Origin: a virus
Lineage: Duplodnaviria > Caudoviricetes
Virus record (IMG/VR): IMGVR_UViG_3300021603_000005
Location: 79,429 to 143,428 of that record
Direction: 5' to 3' (one strand)
Length of the DNA: 64,000 nucleotides
The position numbers and the translations under genes are program-made. Shown piece after piece: positions 19,670 through 30,704 of this stretch. Within the stretch, counting starts at the first letter, position 1, and each line of letters begins with the position of its first letter. The notes beneath the pieces are model-generated. The model worked only from the letters and a program-made list of their open reading frames with translations. It ran no database searches and had not been told where the DNA came from.

Positions 19670-22600
19670 TTACGCAAGCTGTTGTGCCGCTACACCGAAT
19701 ATACGAGCACCTTCCATGTCAGAAGCGTTAGCCAAGTCTCTAAGAGTTCTATATATAATTTGTTTTGCCGCGTTTCTAGCAGCATCCTCAATAGCCGGTC
19801 GCAACTCATTCTGAATAGCCTCTGTTAGACCATTTACATTAACATTTACTTGCTGTAGTGACTCAACCTTAAGACCAATACCCTCTTGTATTGTCTTTGA
19901 TGTATCTGCCAATGTTTCGGTTAGTACTCGCTGTTGTCCAGATATCTCTTGTAATGTGGTCGTATTGTCGCGAGACGCAGAAGTATTGTCTCCGATACCA
20001 GGAATTTCAATAGCCACTATTTTATCTATCGCCTCTTTGATAATCTGTGCATTTTCCGTATTTGTTGTACCGATTGATGCTATTACTGCGTCTATTCTAG
20101 AAACCAAATCGGATAGCTGGCTAACCTGTTGCGTTTGCTGTTGTCCATTTATTTCCGTCCTGCCAAAACCAGCGGCCGGATCGTTTATTGGCAATAAGTT
20201 AAATAGTCCACCAAGGTTTTCTTTAAGCCGATTGAACGTATCAGAAATTACATTCGTTGACTGGACAATATTTTGTACGGCTATGTCTCCAGACTCCCCA
20301 ATCGTGACTGTCCTTCCACCGTATCCGGGAGCAGGCATTATGATACCGCCGCTAGTTTTCCCTGCTTGCAACTCTTCGATAAACTTGCTTGAACTAAAAA
20401 GTTCTTGTGCGACAGTTTGCTGTCTGGCTGTATCTAATGATACGGTTGGTTTATATGGCGATGGCCCAACAGATGGTATTGTGGCAGGGACAATGCCAGT
20501 AGACGGCTGTGTTGTCGCGACACCAACGGGTCGAGATGCTGTCGCCAAGTCTGCTATAGCAGTTGTTGCCACTGCGGCAGAACGACCTAACTCATTTATT
20601 GAATTGGTTGTTTCGGTATTGACTGTCCTTCCCTTTTCGAGAACATCAAATAATTCGGTAACGGCCGGGGTCACCTGAAATTCGTCTAGTTTCGCACCCT
20701 CACCAGTCGTTAGAATTGACAATATCCTATCTTGTATTTCCTCTTCGGTTCCAGGAGAAACAGCAGCACGTTCCTTCGCCAGTATTGCTGCTATAGCAGA
20801 CAGTCCAGTTGTTACTGTTGTCTTAGATGTAGATTCTCGAATTTCCTGTAAGTTTTTTAGATCCCGCCCAGGACCAATTATAACACCACCGTAATATCCC
20901 ATTCCACCTACAGCCTTGCCGGGTTCCTCGACTCGTACCTTTTGCTGACTAAGCAATTGATTTGCCCTGTTTTCCAATTCTTTTATAGATAATCCGCCAA
21001 ATAGCGCTCGTTCAAAGTTGGTTAGTTGTCCAGGTGTCATCGTTTCAAGATTAGCTTTGGTTCCAGTGAACAATTGTGTCTGGTCTATTGGGGCTTCTTC
21101 AAGACCCATTTGAATAACAGCAGACTCAAATTTGTCGACGGCTTTACTGAATTTGTTAGCACCAAACGGATCGTTCAGACCAGTCTCTTCGGCAATGATC
21201 CTTTCTTGTTCTATGCCTATTTGGCCAAGTTGTCTTTCCAGTAATTGGATTTGTTCTTTTGTTAGTTCTGATCGCTGCTTTGATTCTAATCTAAAAATCT
21301 CGGTAATCGTTTCGTTAAATCCTGTTATAGCATTTTGCATCGATTCGCTAATGCCAGCAAATTGCGTTTTGTCTACAGCGGTTGGTTCAACGTTGATTTG
21401 TCTCTGATAGATTTCCTGTAATCTTTTTTGTGACTCTATTAGAGAATCAGTTAATCGGCGAGATGCTTCCTTATTGACATCAAGTGGACCACCAGCTATC
21501 TCTTTCGCAATGCCATAGGGTTGTTCTATTTGACCACGAGTTTCCCTTATTAGTCGTAGTTGTTCATCAAGAACAGCCCTTTCTTCTTGTGTACCAGCGG
21601 CAGATCTCCTGCCAACAAGAACCATTTCTGTCTTGCGCATTCCCTCTATTTGAGCGCCAAGTTTTGCTTGTAAATTAACAGCCTCCTCTTGTTTTGTAAT
21701 CCTTTCTTGCTCAAATTGGTCGTATGATGATAGCGATCTCTTTAGTGATTCTATAGCCGCTTGCAACGCCAGAAAACGACTTCTGGTATTTTCGAGATCC
21801 TGAACCATTGCAACGAACGACTTCTCCATACCAGTGTCGTCTATCGTTACTCCAGTTTCAGCGGCCCTATAGATAGCATTTAACTGATTTGCCATCTCTC
21901 GTGTGACATTCGTCATTGCCTCTTGCAACGACGGGACAAGATTGGTCGATCTCAATAAATCTGTTGGTGTTCCGGTTTCTCTAGCTGGAGTTCTAACCCC
22001 TGCTCGTCTTAGCATTTCCATCGTAATTTCGAATTGTGTCTCTGGGGTATTGCCGAGACCAACTTCTCGTTGAAGCTGTCTAGCCTCAAATTCCCCTCGT
22101 CTTTGCGATACCAATAGTCTAGCATTTAGCTCTTGCTGTGTAATATTGATGATATCGTCTTGTGTTGGCATAATAATACCAATATGTTTCTTAATAAGTT
22201 CATTCATTTTGTCGGTATTGATTCCAGCCCCGGATAGCTCAATACCCTCAAGCATAGCAACACCGATATCTCGAAGCAACATACTAATACGACCCTTAAG
22301 CTTATCCGGAATTTCTTGTGATTCAATAAATCGCTGGATTGTCTCGTCTATCTGATCTTCCTCTAGTGGGGGCAAAAATTTTCCTGGTTCTAGTTTACCA
22401 GCAGTTGTCGCTTGAGCCTGTAAACTAGAAATACTTTCTACAAACTTCTTCGTTATTTCTACAATATCATTGGTTGTTTTAACGTAATTCGCCAAATCTG
22501 GTTTTGCTGTTTCTAACCCAGCCAATCTCCCAGTTCCAAGCAACTCTATCGTCGCTTGTTTTTCTAGTTGCTGTGGTAATTTGGGTGCGCTGATACCTTC

Positions 22601-25567
22601 TATAGATCCGGTTACCGCATCAAACGCATTGATACTTGCTGTTATGGATTTCGCCACTTCGTCGACGGCCTTCCCAAGAGTGATTAATTGCCCAGGAAGA
22701 GTCGGTGGCACCAGTACCATAGAAAGATTACGCGCTGCTGTCCTAGCGGCCTCGTCAAGTCGCGATTGACGTATAGCAGCAGCCTGCTTATCAATAGCCT
22801 CTTTGATTGCAGACCATCCACCAGCCCTTTGTAAAATCGTGTTGGTAATTTCGGTAGATAAATCTGCTGAAAACTTCATGCCTCGTTGTTGTAAAAATTC
22901 CTGTACCGTACTTCGTAGGTTGCTGTAGAAATCTGATCCACTTTTTTGAACAGCAGATTCCATAATGGTATGTAGTAAATTTAGGTTCTGTCCAAAAATA
23001 TCAGAAACCATTTTAGAAGCATCGACGCTTACCGTACTCGGATCAAATGCTTCTCCAATTTTTCTAATATCAAAAGACAATATACCAGAAACTAGTGTAT
23101 TCAATCTTCTGCCTACTTCAGCAACGCCGCCAGCAAAACCTGAATAATATTCGACTGATTGCTTGATGGTATCCAGGGTTGAGTCTACTAATGTTTTCAG
23201 TGCGGCATCAGTATCTGCAATATTAGATGGATCTGGAACTTGAATTGCCTTGATTTTAGCAGCAACCTCATCCATCTTTTCTGCTATAGCGGTCTCTACT
23301 TGGTCTGCTCTTGTAGTAGCGGCCAAACCAATTAATGCTACGGCAGCACCCGCTGGACCAGCGAATCTACCAATACCGGCCCCTCTTGCACCAGGCGCAA
23401 ATCCCCGGAGTGTTTGTCCAACACTTTGGCCACGCAAGATAGACAATAAACCAACGAGCATTGTTGTAGACTTAATCATTCTTCCGGTAAATTCGGCAGT
23501 AGACTTTGCCGCACCATCCAATTGATTTGAATAATTGTCAACTGCGTCGCCAAGAATAGATACAACACCAAGTCCAACCAACTGTGCTGCCGGGCTTTGA
23601 TAAAGCGGTACGGCCGTTGGTAGTTGTCCCTCTGGTAATCCCATACGCTTACCAGCACTGGTTAAACCCTGTGTTCTGCCAGACGCGAATTGTTGTCCAA
23701 CCAAACCCAATAAGCCAACGCCCTGAACCCCACTGATCCCACCAGCAGTACTTACTCGTCCTGCCAAACTCGCTAGTAGACCAACCCCCTTAACAGCAGC
23801 GGTTGCTGCGCCAATAGCTAGTAGTGTTTTTAGTAACGGAGATAGCACACCTGTTAGCTTAGTTGCCGCATTCCCTGCGCTGATCATGAATTGGATGAAT
23901 GGGGTAAAAATTTCTGGAGCCAATGTTTGAACAAGTTCGTTCATCTTGGCTTTCATGACATCTATTTGCTTTGACAAAGAACTCATACCCTTGGCAACGT
24001 CGTTTTGTACCGATCCGGCAGAGGACAATGAAACGCCAAGCGCTTCGTTGACTATATTGAAATTATCTAATATAGCTATAACCCTACCTATCTGTCTCAA
24101 ACCACCAAGACTTTCTGCTATGTCTCGTCGCCTAAGCTGATCTGCCCCAGCAAATACCTTAGATGTTTGTTCCAATATTCTATACAATGACAATACTTTG
24201 CCACTAGCATCTTCTGTTTGGACACCAATGCTACGTAGAAATTCTAATGTAGCTGGACGGGTAATTCTTGCAGATATCGTTCTAAGCCCAGTACCAATTG
24301 TTTCAGCACTTTCTTGTGTCGTTTGTTTTGCCGCCGTTATGATGGCCAGGAATTCGTCGATACTACCACCAAGGGCAGACCATGCACCACCACCGCGCTT
24401 AACAGCTTCTATAAGATCCCCTGACGTTACGGCATATCTTTTGGCTACTTCGTTAACCTTATCAAACACCGCCGGTATGTCTTCGGCTTCTAATTTAAAT
24501 TGACCCATAACTGCGATAAGGCCCTCTGTGGCCTGATCAATACCTTCAAGAGATGGAAGCAGTGGAACCTTAGAGACCATTTCTAATGCAGCGCGTAATT
24601 TATCTCCTTCGAATCCAGCTTGTGCGAGAGTAACAGCAGCTTTGCCAAGTTCGTCTGCACTGGTACCAGTTGCCACACTTAAGTCCAATATTTCTTTTCT
24701 AAGACTGGCTAATTCTGTTCGTGTTGGTTGAAGGGTTTGGTCCAGCTTAACCATGGTTAGGTCAAAATCAATTACATTTTTAGTAGCTTCTCTTATTCCA
24801 GCCAATGCCACAAATGGGATGGTGGTGGCGGCTAAAAACGCCCCGTATCTTTTTCCGGCTAGAAATATAGAATCACCAAAATCCTTAGCAGCCATAGTGG
24901 ACTTGGCCATATTTCCAGTTACAGCCGTAGCTGCTGTAGAGCTAGATGCGCCAATTTTATCGATTGCTAGCGAGGCTTGTGTCGTAGCCGCTTTTAGTTT
25001 TTCAATATTCGGTATTGTATCTGGAGAAACCACGGATGGTATGTATGGTTTACTAGTCATAGACGGTATCTTTGGCATAGTGGTTTGTTGTGCAGCTTGC
25101 ACTATTAGTGGGCCAGCTTGAGCAATAGCGTCCTTAGTTGATTTTGCAGCGCTTGATATCTGTTGAATTTGTGCTTGAATACTTGCTGATGTTTGAGCAG
25201 ATCCAGCGCCAACTACTGGAGACACCACGCCCTTTGTTGCGGCTATTGTTGGGGATATACCTATTCCTTGTGCTTGTTTTAATTTACCTATCAGCACGTC
25301 AACGGAGTTAGCGGCTTTCAGTATCGATCCCTCGACCGCTATGCTAACAGATTGCGCTGCTGTCGCAAGCCCATGCATTTGTTTTATAGCAGCAGCTATT
25401 CCAGCATTAAACTTAGTTATTGACTGTAGGGCTACTGGATTTAATCCCTTGAAACCAGATAATTTGCCAAGGTCTACCCCCTTAGTGATACCGGCAAGTT
25501 GTTGCTTAATATCGGCCCCAACTATGATTGACGATATTCGTAAACTGGAATCAAGTACAAATCCCAT
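19670..25567 (-). CDS. Tape measure protein (TP901-like core)
   Basis: 1965 aa, Ala/Gln-rich and helical; LAQAG, VAKRYAVTSGDL, ESAETIGTGLRTI core motifs. Confidence 0.92.
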   Translation of the reverse strand: MGFVLDSSLRISSIIVGADIKQQLAGITKGVDLGKLSGFKGLNPVALQSITKFNAGIAAAIKQMHGLATAAQSVSIAVEGSILKAANSVDVLIGKLKQAQGIGISPTIAATKGVVSPVVGAGSAQTSASIQAQIQQISSAAKSTKDAIAQAGPLIVQAAQQTTMPKIPSMTSKPYIPSVVSPDTIPNIEKLKAATTQASLAIDKIGASSSTAATAVTGNMAKSTMAAKDFGDSIFLAGKRYGAFLAATTIPFVALAGIREATKNVIDFDLTMVKLDQTLQPTRTELASLRKEILDLSVATGTSADELGKAAVTLAQAGFEGDKLRAALEMVSKVPLLPSLEGIDQATEGLIAVMGQFKLEAEDIPAVFDKVNEVAKRYAVTSGDLIEAVKRGGGAWSALGGSIDEFLAIITAAKQTTQESAETIGTGLRTISARITRPATLEFLRSIGVQTEDASGKVLSLYRILEQTSKVFAGADQLRRRDIAESLGGLRQIGRVIAILDNFNIVNEALGVSLSSAGSVQNDVAKGMSSLSKQIDVMKAKMNELVQTLAPEIFTPFIQFMISAGNAATKLTGVLSPLLKTLLAIGAATAAVKGVGLLASLAGRVSTAGGISGVQGVGLLGLVGQQFASGRTQGLTSAGKRMGLPEGQLPTAVPLYQSPAAQLVGLGVVSILGDAVDNYSNQLDGAAKSTAEFTGRMIKSTTMLVGLLSILRGQSVGQTLRGFAPGARGAGIGRFAGPAGAAVALIGLAATTRADQVETAIAEKMDEVAAKIKAIQVPDPSNIADTDAALKTLVDSTLDTIKQSVEYYSGFAGGVAEVGRRLNTLVSGILSFDIRKIGEAFDPSTVSVDASKMVSDIFGQNLNLLHTIMESAVQKSGSDFYSNLRSTVQEFLQQRGMKFSADLSTEITNTILQRAGGWSAIKEAIDKQAAAIRQSRLDEAARTAARNLSMVLVPPTLPGQLITLGKAVDEVAKSITASINAFDAVTGSIEGISAPKLPQQLEKQATIELLGTGRLAGLETAKPDLANYVKTTNDIVEITKKFVESISSLQAQATTAGKLEPGKFLPPLEEDQIDETIQRFIESQEIPDKLKGRISMLLRDIGVAMLEGIELSGAGINTDKMNELIKKHIGIIMPTQDDIINITQQELNARLLVSQRRGEFEARQLQREVGLGNTPETQFEITMEMLRRAGVRTPARETGTPTDLLRSTNLVPSLQEAMTNVTREMANQLNAIYRAAETGVTIDDTGMEKSFVAMVQDLENTRSRFLALQAAIESLKRSLSSYDQFEQERITKQEEAVNLQAKLGAQIEGMRKTEMVLVGRRSAAGTQEERAVLDEQLRLIRETRGQIEQPYGIAKEIAGGPLDVNKEASRRLTDSLIESQKRLQEIYQRQINVEPTAVDKTQFAGISESMQNAITGFNETITEIFRLESKQRSELTKEQIQLLERQLGQIGIEQERIIAEETGLNDPFGANKFSKAVDKFESAVIQMGLEEAPIDQTQLFTGTKANLETMTPGQLTNFERALFGGLSIKELENRANQLLSQQKVRVEEPGKAVGGMGYYGGVIIGPGRDLKNLQEIRESTSKTTVTTGLSAIAAILAKERAAVSPGTEEEIQDRILSILTTGEGAKLDEFQVTPAVTELFDVLEKGRTVNTETTNSINELGRSAAVATTAIADLATASRPVGVATTQPSTGIVPATIPSVGPSPYKPTVSLDTARQQTVAQELFSSSKFIEELQAGKTSGGIIMPAPGYGGRTVTIGESGDIAVQNIVQSTNVISDTFNRLKENLGGLFNLLPINDPAAGFGRTEINGQQQTQQVSQLSDLVSRIDAVIASIGTTNTENAQIIKEAIDKIVAIEIPGIGDNTSASRDNTTTLQEISGQQRVLTETLADTSKTIQEGIGLKVESLQQVNVNVNGLTEAIQNELRPAIEDAARNAAKQIIYRTLRDLANASDMEGARIFGVAAQQLA

Positions 25568-25573
25568 TTGATA

Positions 25574-26440
25574 TTACCCCTTATTCCGACCCTTCTTCTT
25601 GAGTTTGGTTGTGGTATCTGCGATTGGCTCTCCAGTTTCGTCGTCTATAAAAGGCTTAGCGTCAATAACCAACTCACCATTTACATCAACTTTATTACCA
25701 TCAATATCAACAAAATTGCCATCCTTGTCGATATATCTACCATTCTCGTCAACACGACGGCCAGAGCGATCCACAAAATCGCCGTTTCTGTCCGTCAATC
25801 TTCCGCTCTGATCCATGAATCCGTATTTCTTCATCCATTGAATTTCTGGGAGTGTGTCGGCAAACCCATCATCATATCCATACATAATTTTTGCCAGAGT
25901 CGTTGCTACAAGTACGGCAATGGGTTCGTCACTTCTACCTAAATAATCGTCAACATCCATAAAATACGGATTGCCATTGTCGGCCCTAATTGCGCATTTG
26001 GTAATAAGCCAATTGAATCTATAGTTCTCTGCAACAGATTCCATCGTAGCACTATCGAACTGCGATCTTTTTGCATGAAGTTGCATTAATTCATTCCTAA
26101 GATCCCCAATGTGCAATGCGAAACTGCGGGCTTCTGAAAGTTTAATTCCGCCTTGTTTTAATGCGCACTCACATGCTCGTATCTCGATTTGTAGCTCATT
26201 GAACCGAATTGCATCATCTCTCGTCCATACGCCCATGTTTTCGAGGTGTTTATCTAGTTCACTTCTTGACAGAAGTCTTTCATTTTTATTTACGCCACTT
26301 CTCATAAGCTGGGCTAGCCGAAGACTATATTGAAGTTGTGCTTCCTGCATCAATTTATGCCCAGGTTTGATAACAATCAAACTAATATCTTTCCCCAACA
26401 GATCCTTGCCTGTAACATCAATTTGCTTATCCATCCTCAT
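25574..26440 (-). CDS. Tail assembly chaperone-like protein with DxxG heptad repeats
   Basis: Immediately upstream of the TMP; seven DxxGxx(V/I/T) repeats near the C-terminus. Confidence 0.55.
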   Translation of the reverse strand: MRMDKQIDVTGKDLLGKDISLIVIKPGHKLMQEAQLQYSLRLAQLMRSGVNKNERLLSRSELDKHLENMGVWTRDDAIRFNELQIEIRACECALKQGGIKLSEARSFALHIGDLRNELMQLHAKRSQFDSATMESVAENYRFNWLITKCAIRADNGNPYFMDVDDYLGRSDEPIAVLVATTLAKIMYGYDDGFADTLPEIQWMKKYGFMDQSGRLTDRNGDFVDRSGRRVDENGRYIDKDGNFVDIDGNKVDVNGELVIDAKPFIDDETGEPIADTTTKLKKKGRNKG

Positions 26441-26753
26441 TCTCTCCTATCGGTTTCAGTGACATCCTATACCCTACGAACTCAACAGTATGCAGGTCTA
26501 TTTCCGCATTCAATGCTCTTGCCTGTTTGTTGCCATTGTTCAAAACACTTAATCTAAGTTTCTCCCATCTTTCTCTGTTAATTTTTTGTCGTGCCGTAAT
26601 TTCGTTTTCTGGCAAACCCATTCCCCATAATTCTAATCCGAATACCTGTTCAAACTCAGCTATTGGGAAAATAAAGCTTGTTGTTATCTTCTTTGACGCT
26701 ATCTGTTTTAGTCTGTCTCTTGATCGGTTATTGATCTGGTCTTTTCGATTCAT
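26427..26753 (-). CDS. Hypothetical protein, tail assembly region
   Basis: Overlaps both neighbours. Confidence 0.55.
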   Translation of the reverse strand: MNRKDQINNRSRDRLKQIASKKITTSFIFPIAEFEQVFGLELWGMGLPENEITARQKINRERWEKLRLSVLNNGNKQARALNAEIDLHTVEFVGYRMSLKPIGENEDG

Positions 26754-27826
26754 CTCCGAATCCTTTCTCGGGACTTCGCCATAGCCAACTCCCTTATTTC
26801 TGCCTGACTATTCGGGAGATGCGCGTCGCTAATTTCGTGTGACCCACTAATTATTTCCTGGTTTCTCTTAATTGTCCTCCTGGCCACAGGCGTATTCATA
26901 TCGTAGACCCTACTAGCGCTATTACGATCAGTAACCACAAACACTTCTTGCCTACCATTTTGTGTATTACTTAGATTTAATATTTTCTCAGATTCCTTTT
27001 GCTTACTACTAGAATCAAACTTTTCATTTTGTCGAATAATCCACGAGTCCAATAGATCGTCATCATCGACAACTAGACTACTTGGTCTATCGCATGAATC
27101 AAATACCATATCATATAAATGAGACCATCGAACCAACTCTGTTTGGTTATAACTCCATTCGATTGGATTGCCATTAAAAATACGATTAACTATTTTACTA
27201 GCATTCCACATAGACCTCCATGGATCTGTTCTTGCAATCTCTCTCAGTACTCGTTCAGAATATCGCGACGTAAGAAAAAAAATAGCAACAAGTTGCTTGA
27301 TTAGTGCATGCTCACTTGAAGTGTCAATATCATCAAAAAACTTACCACCATCAATTGTATTGGCTACACAACCTATTAGATATCTTTGTTGCGCCATTGC
27401 CGAATATGACTCTATCGTATCGTTAAGTAGCGATGACCGTTGCTCGATCTTATCGATCAACACTCTTTCTGCTTGTCTAATCGCACTTCTGGTTTTTTCA
27501 AGACGATCCGTGTTAAACAGGAAATCCAACAACCCACGCTTCATTGTATAGATGTCTTTTTTTAATCCAGCTATTTGCGTATTGAATGCATCAGACCACT
27601 CACCCGTATTTGTGTATAACGCAATAGCCTCCTCCTCGGACATAAGGCCATTTGTTCGGGCTAATATATATGCTTCGTTATAGGCCATTGTAGCCATAGC
27701 CATATCTTCCGATGTCGCAGGACGCAGAATAACAGTAACACGCGACCCATTATTAAGGGTAGAGTTGACCGATATTTTGCCCCACGATATCAATGCGATT
27801 AATCTTTCCCGCTCTGCGCGATCCAT
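26750..27826 (-). CDS. Tail assembly chaperone-like protein
   Basis: Between the tube and TMP; helical; PSSLVVDDDDLLDSW motif typical of tail chaperones. Confidence 0.5.
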   Translation of the reverse strand: MDRAERERLIALISWGKISVNSTLNNGSRVTVILRPATSEDMAMATMAYNEAYILARTNGLMSEEEAIALYTNTGEWSDAFNTQIAGLKKDIYTMKRGLLDFLFNTDRLEKTRSAIRQAERVLIDKIEQRSSLLNDTIESYSAMAQQRYLIGCVANTIDGGKFFDDIDTSSEHALIKQLVAIFFLTSRYSERVLREIARTDPWRSMWNASKIVNRIFNGNPIEWSYNQTELVRWSHLYDMVFDSCDRPSSLVVDDDDLLDSWIIRQNEKFDSSSKQKESEKILNLSNTQNGRQEVFVVTDRNSASRVYDMNTPVARRTIKRNQEIISGSHEISDAHLPNSQAEIRELAMAKSRERIRR

Positions 27827-27884
27827 CGTTCCTATCCCTTAAACCAAATAGACAAGTGCTGTCCAAGGTTACTTTCCTAACTAT

Positions 27885-27892
27885 TTATACAC
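27885..27892 (-). promoter_or_regulatory. GTGTATAA(ATA) late promoter motif
   Basis: Directly after the terminator U-tract and upstream of 27826. Confidence 0.7.
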
Positions 27893-27894
27893 CC

Positions 27895-27925
27895 AAAAAA
27901 AGACCGGCCACGCACGGGCCGGTCT
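27895..27925 (-). terminator. Intrinsic terminator after the tail tube gene
   Basis: Perfect 9-bp stem AGACCGGCC/GGCCGGTCT plus T-tract on the minus strand. Confidence 0.85.
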
Positions 27926-27952
27926 CGTTAATTTGCTGTAAATTATTGTATG

Positions 27953-29002
27953 TTATTGATTTGCAGGATCTTCTGGGTGTGTCACGGTTAGCGTATTAAA
28001 TGTTGAGAAATTGTATGTCGTAACCACGTTACCGCCACCAGCATCGCCACCGCTATATGTGGTAGACGCAAGCTTGTTCTTGCTACCAAGATCAATAACG
28101 GTACCCTCTCTCATGTGAACCAAAATGGTCTCGTTAGAAAGATTGGTACCACCAGGAGGATCTGCCAATGCGTCTACGTTATCCCCTTCACTAGCGGTTA
28201 CGTCAATTGCACATGTCACTTCTACTGGGAATGTTACGTATCTGTAGTACGGACCACGTTTTCCAAGCTCGAACAACTGGTCTCTACCAAGATTCGCTGT
28301 TATGGTGACCGTCTGGATGTGTGCCGCATACCCATCACCAGATATGGGGTTTGTACCAGACGAAGTAATGCCTGGAATATTCGTTGGCCATATGGATGAA
28401 TCGTCTGCCTCGCCCATCAAAACGTCTTCGCGTCTCTGGACGCCACCAGATGATACGATAGAGAATGGCTGGTCTGTTCCGTCGAAATTGGGGTCAAAGG
28501 TAACGTAACCAGATACGCCCTTCCATACTTTGTCGTTGCCGACAAGAGTAATGTCTTCTGTACAATTGCCATCGACATTGAGGGTATAGGTTAGCGCGGA
28601 CAAGTACATCCCAGACATGCCAACGGAATTGATTGGGGTACCAGATGCATTGTCGTTTGTGTCTGGATATATATTGAGAGCAACAAAACATCTGTTATTT
28701 GATCTCCCGACCAACGTTGGGGATGTAGCCTGTTGTGTGGCAAGGTGATATAGCAATGGATATCCATCAAGAACCTTTTGCATCGTCACCTGGATGTCGG
28801 GAATACCCTCAATATTTTCGTAAAGTTCTAGTTGTCCAAGTTCAAAAACCTGCTCTAGGTTAAAAGTTGTTGTTATATTAATATTTTGAACGCCGTGCGC
28901 CGGTATGAAACCGGAAGGTGTTCCAGCATCATCTGGATCGGCTACACCATGTGGCGCAAATCCTGGTGCGTGACATGCGTAAAAGATACGATTATTTGCC
29001 AT
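27953..29002 (-). CDS. Major tail tube protein
   Basis: Own promoter, strong RBS and terminator; duplicated (V/I)QxxxITxxxxxxQ(V/L)FELG tube motif; position between neck and chaperones. Confidence 0.75.
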   Translation of the reverse strand: MANNRIFYACHAPGFAPHGVADPDDAGTPSGFIPAHGVQNINITTTFNLEQVFELGQLELYENIEGIPDIQVTMQKVLDGYPLLYHLATQQATSPTLVGRSNNRCFVALNIYPDTNDNASGTPINSVGMSGMYLSALTYTLNVDGNCTEDITLVGNDKVWKGVSGYVTFDPNFDGTDQPFSIVSSGGVQRREDVLMGEADDSSIWPTNIPGITSSGTNPISGDGYAAHIQTVTITANLGRDQLFELGKRGPYYRYVTFPVEVTCAIDVTASEGDNVDALADPPGGTNLSNETILVHMREGTVIDLGSKNKLASTTYSGGDAGGGNVVTTYNFSTFNTLTVTHPEDPANQ

Positions 29003-29041
29003 TGAATTCTCTCCTTCTAGCCAGATACTATCTCTCTATAT

Positions 29042-29049
29042 TTATACAC
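29042..29049 (-). promoter_or_regulatory. GTGTATAA(ATA) late promoter motif
   Basis: Intergenic, upstream of the tube gene. Confidence 0.7.
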
Positions 29050-29050
29050 T

Positions 29051-29974
29051 TTAAATGCCTGGATAATCAATTTCGACATCCCATGTAACCCTGCCGCGAA
29101 ATATGTTCGGATTCAACGAATCAATACGTTGGACCTTCCCGTTCATTATACGCAATTTTTTACAGGGATGGCTATTTGTCATGTCCACCCAGTTTGTAAC
29201 TCCTGAAACCGGGCTTCCCCATTCATCTAGTGGATATGACATTGAATTGAGATCGGCCATAATAAACGCGGACCTGCTTTGGTAATCTAACCAGTCCATA
29301 AGAAGATTTCTATCAGACCTATTGTCGGCAAAAACATGTAATATTACAGTCCTGCTTTTAATCTGACCGCCACCGAGGGCCAACCCCCTTTGTGTGCCAC
29401 GATTAACGTCTATAAATATCGCTGGCAACCATACTTGTCTATCTCTATCTGGTATGCCAGACGGCTCTATGCGAGACGCAAAATCAACGATACTGTTTTG
29501 TAATAGTTGACTATAATCGGGGTGGTCTGTAGACGACACAAATACTGATCTATAACAATATTCGGCTCGTATATCAGCTTCTGGGTCCATTGGAATATCA
29601 AAAATCACCCTTCCGTGATTATAGTCTACGTGATACGAGTATGGCGATTGAGAATCTATGTCGTAAAAATTGTTATTTATATATATACCAGAAACACGGA
29701 ATGGAGAGCCGCTAATTGATACCCCCTCTTCCCACACCCACTCGTTTCCGAATCCATTCCAAACGCGACCTTCCTCGTATCTCTGGTCTATCACAGGGAG
29801 TAACCGGGCCTCTGCGTCATTAAATGTTGAATAAGAGTCGTAGTTAACCCGAGAAAATGCACCATGGTGTAATAGCCCCCAGTCTAGCCATAACTTTATG
29901 TTTGTAGTTAGATGATCGGTTAGTTCATATCCACCAAATCCGCCGCTATTAATTCCCTTGAACGTTAGAGACAT
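29051..29974 (-). CDS. Tail terminator/completion protein
   Basis: LPAIFID…LALGGG…LHVFA…RNLL pattern; position before the tube. Confidence 0.6.
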   Translation of the reverse strand: MSLTFKGINSGGFGGYELTDHLTTNIKLWLDWGLLHHGAFSRVNYDSYSTFNDAEARLLPVIDQRYEEGRVWNGFGNEWVWEEGVSISGSPFRVSGIYINNNFYDIDSQSPYSYHVDYNHGRVIFDIPMDPEADIRAEYCYRSVFVSSTDHPDYSQLLQNSIVDFASRIEPSGIPDRDRQVWLPAIFIDVNRGTQRGLALGGGQIKSRTVILHVFADNRSDRNLLMDWLDYQSRSAFIMADLNSMSYPLDEWGSPVSGVTNWVDMTNSHPCKKLRIMNGKVQRIDSLNPNIFRGRVTWDVEIDYPGI

Positions 29975-29975
29975 T

Positions 29976-30704
29976 TTACACCATTCCTATTTGAGTCAAC
30001 ACTATTTTGGCAACATCAATAGCCACCTTATTCTGGCCAATAGTGTATTCAATAAAATTCGCACCAGAAATTGGTCTTGCTACATCTGGAACAATGTAAC
30101 CGCCTTCTCTAAAAGGCGCGCCAGCCACTTTAAGGAGGTCTGTCGTTGCCATAATTGCGCGCCCACTGCGAGACCATAATAATAAGTTGTCAAATCCGTA
30201 TCCCTTGGTAAATATATCATATACCAACGTCCGACCCATCTCCATATCATATGCTACCTGCCCTATATCTATGTCTGGATCAATTAACATCCATCTCAAT
30301 ACAGGTATTGTTTGGTTCGATGGTTGTGATATATAAGACGCATTTGGTAGTCCAAGATAATCGTTCCAATAGTTACTAACGCCACGTATTGATATTACGA
30401 TATTAGACTTTCCTGGAATGATAGTAACGGATTTTTTGATCATGTCGAGCAAACCACCAACTAGCGTTGCTGCCGCGCCATCGCTAAGCCCGAACTCGGC
30501 CTGTAAATCAGTAGACCCAATTCCGAGTAATGACTTGACCACATCGGTTTCACCAAGTGTTTTAGATAGATAGTTACCAATAGCTTGTTGTATGATCGTT
30601 CTGCGAGCATTGACTTTATTTCGAATCGTGCTCATGATATCTGACATAGTATTTTCAAGCTGGGCCTTTAGCGGTGGTTTGATAATCAATTCAATATTAG
30701 CCAT
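29976..30704 (-). CDS. Neck/tail completion protein (putative)
   Basis: Position; likely start ATG 30704 (MANIEL). Confidence 0.45.
   Translation of the reverse strand: MANIELIIKPPLKAQLENTMSDIMSTIRNKVNARRTIIQQAIGNYLSKTLGETDVVKSLLGIGSTDLQAEFGLSDGAAATLVGGLLDMIKKSVTIIPGKSNIVISIRGVSNYWNDYLGLPNASYISQPSNQTIPVLRWMLIDPDIDIGQVAYDMEMGRTLVYDIFTKGYGFDNLLLWSRSGRAIMATTDLLKVAGAPFREGGYIVPDVARPISGANFIEYTIGQNKVAIDVAKIVLTQIGMV

Noticed and set aside
19956-25571. Many antisense ORFs (up to 240 aa) opposite the tape measure and other long genes
   Set aside because: These are shadow ORFs from codon bias, with no recognisable motifs, and they fully overlap confident genes.
13817-26440. Four consecutive tail genes in the same frame, separated by TAA plus 6-12 nt (possible read-through polyprotein)
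   Set aside because: The downstream genes have their own ATG and purine-rich RBS-like sequences, TAA is rarely read through, and chance explains the phase.
25574-27826. Programmed -1 frameshift between tail assembly chaperones
   Set aside because: No convincing slippery heptamer near the ORF ends; the genes are joined by ordinary start/stop overlaps.
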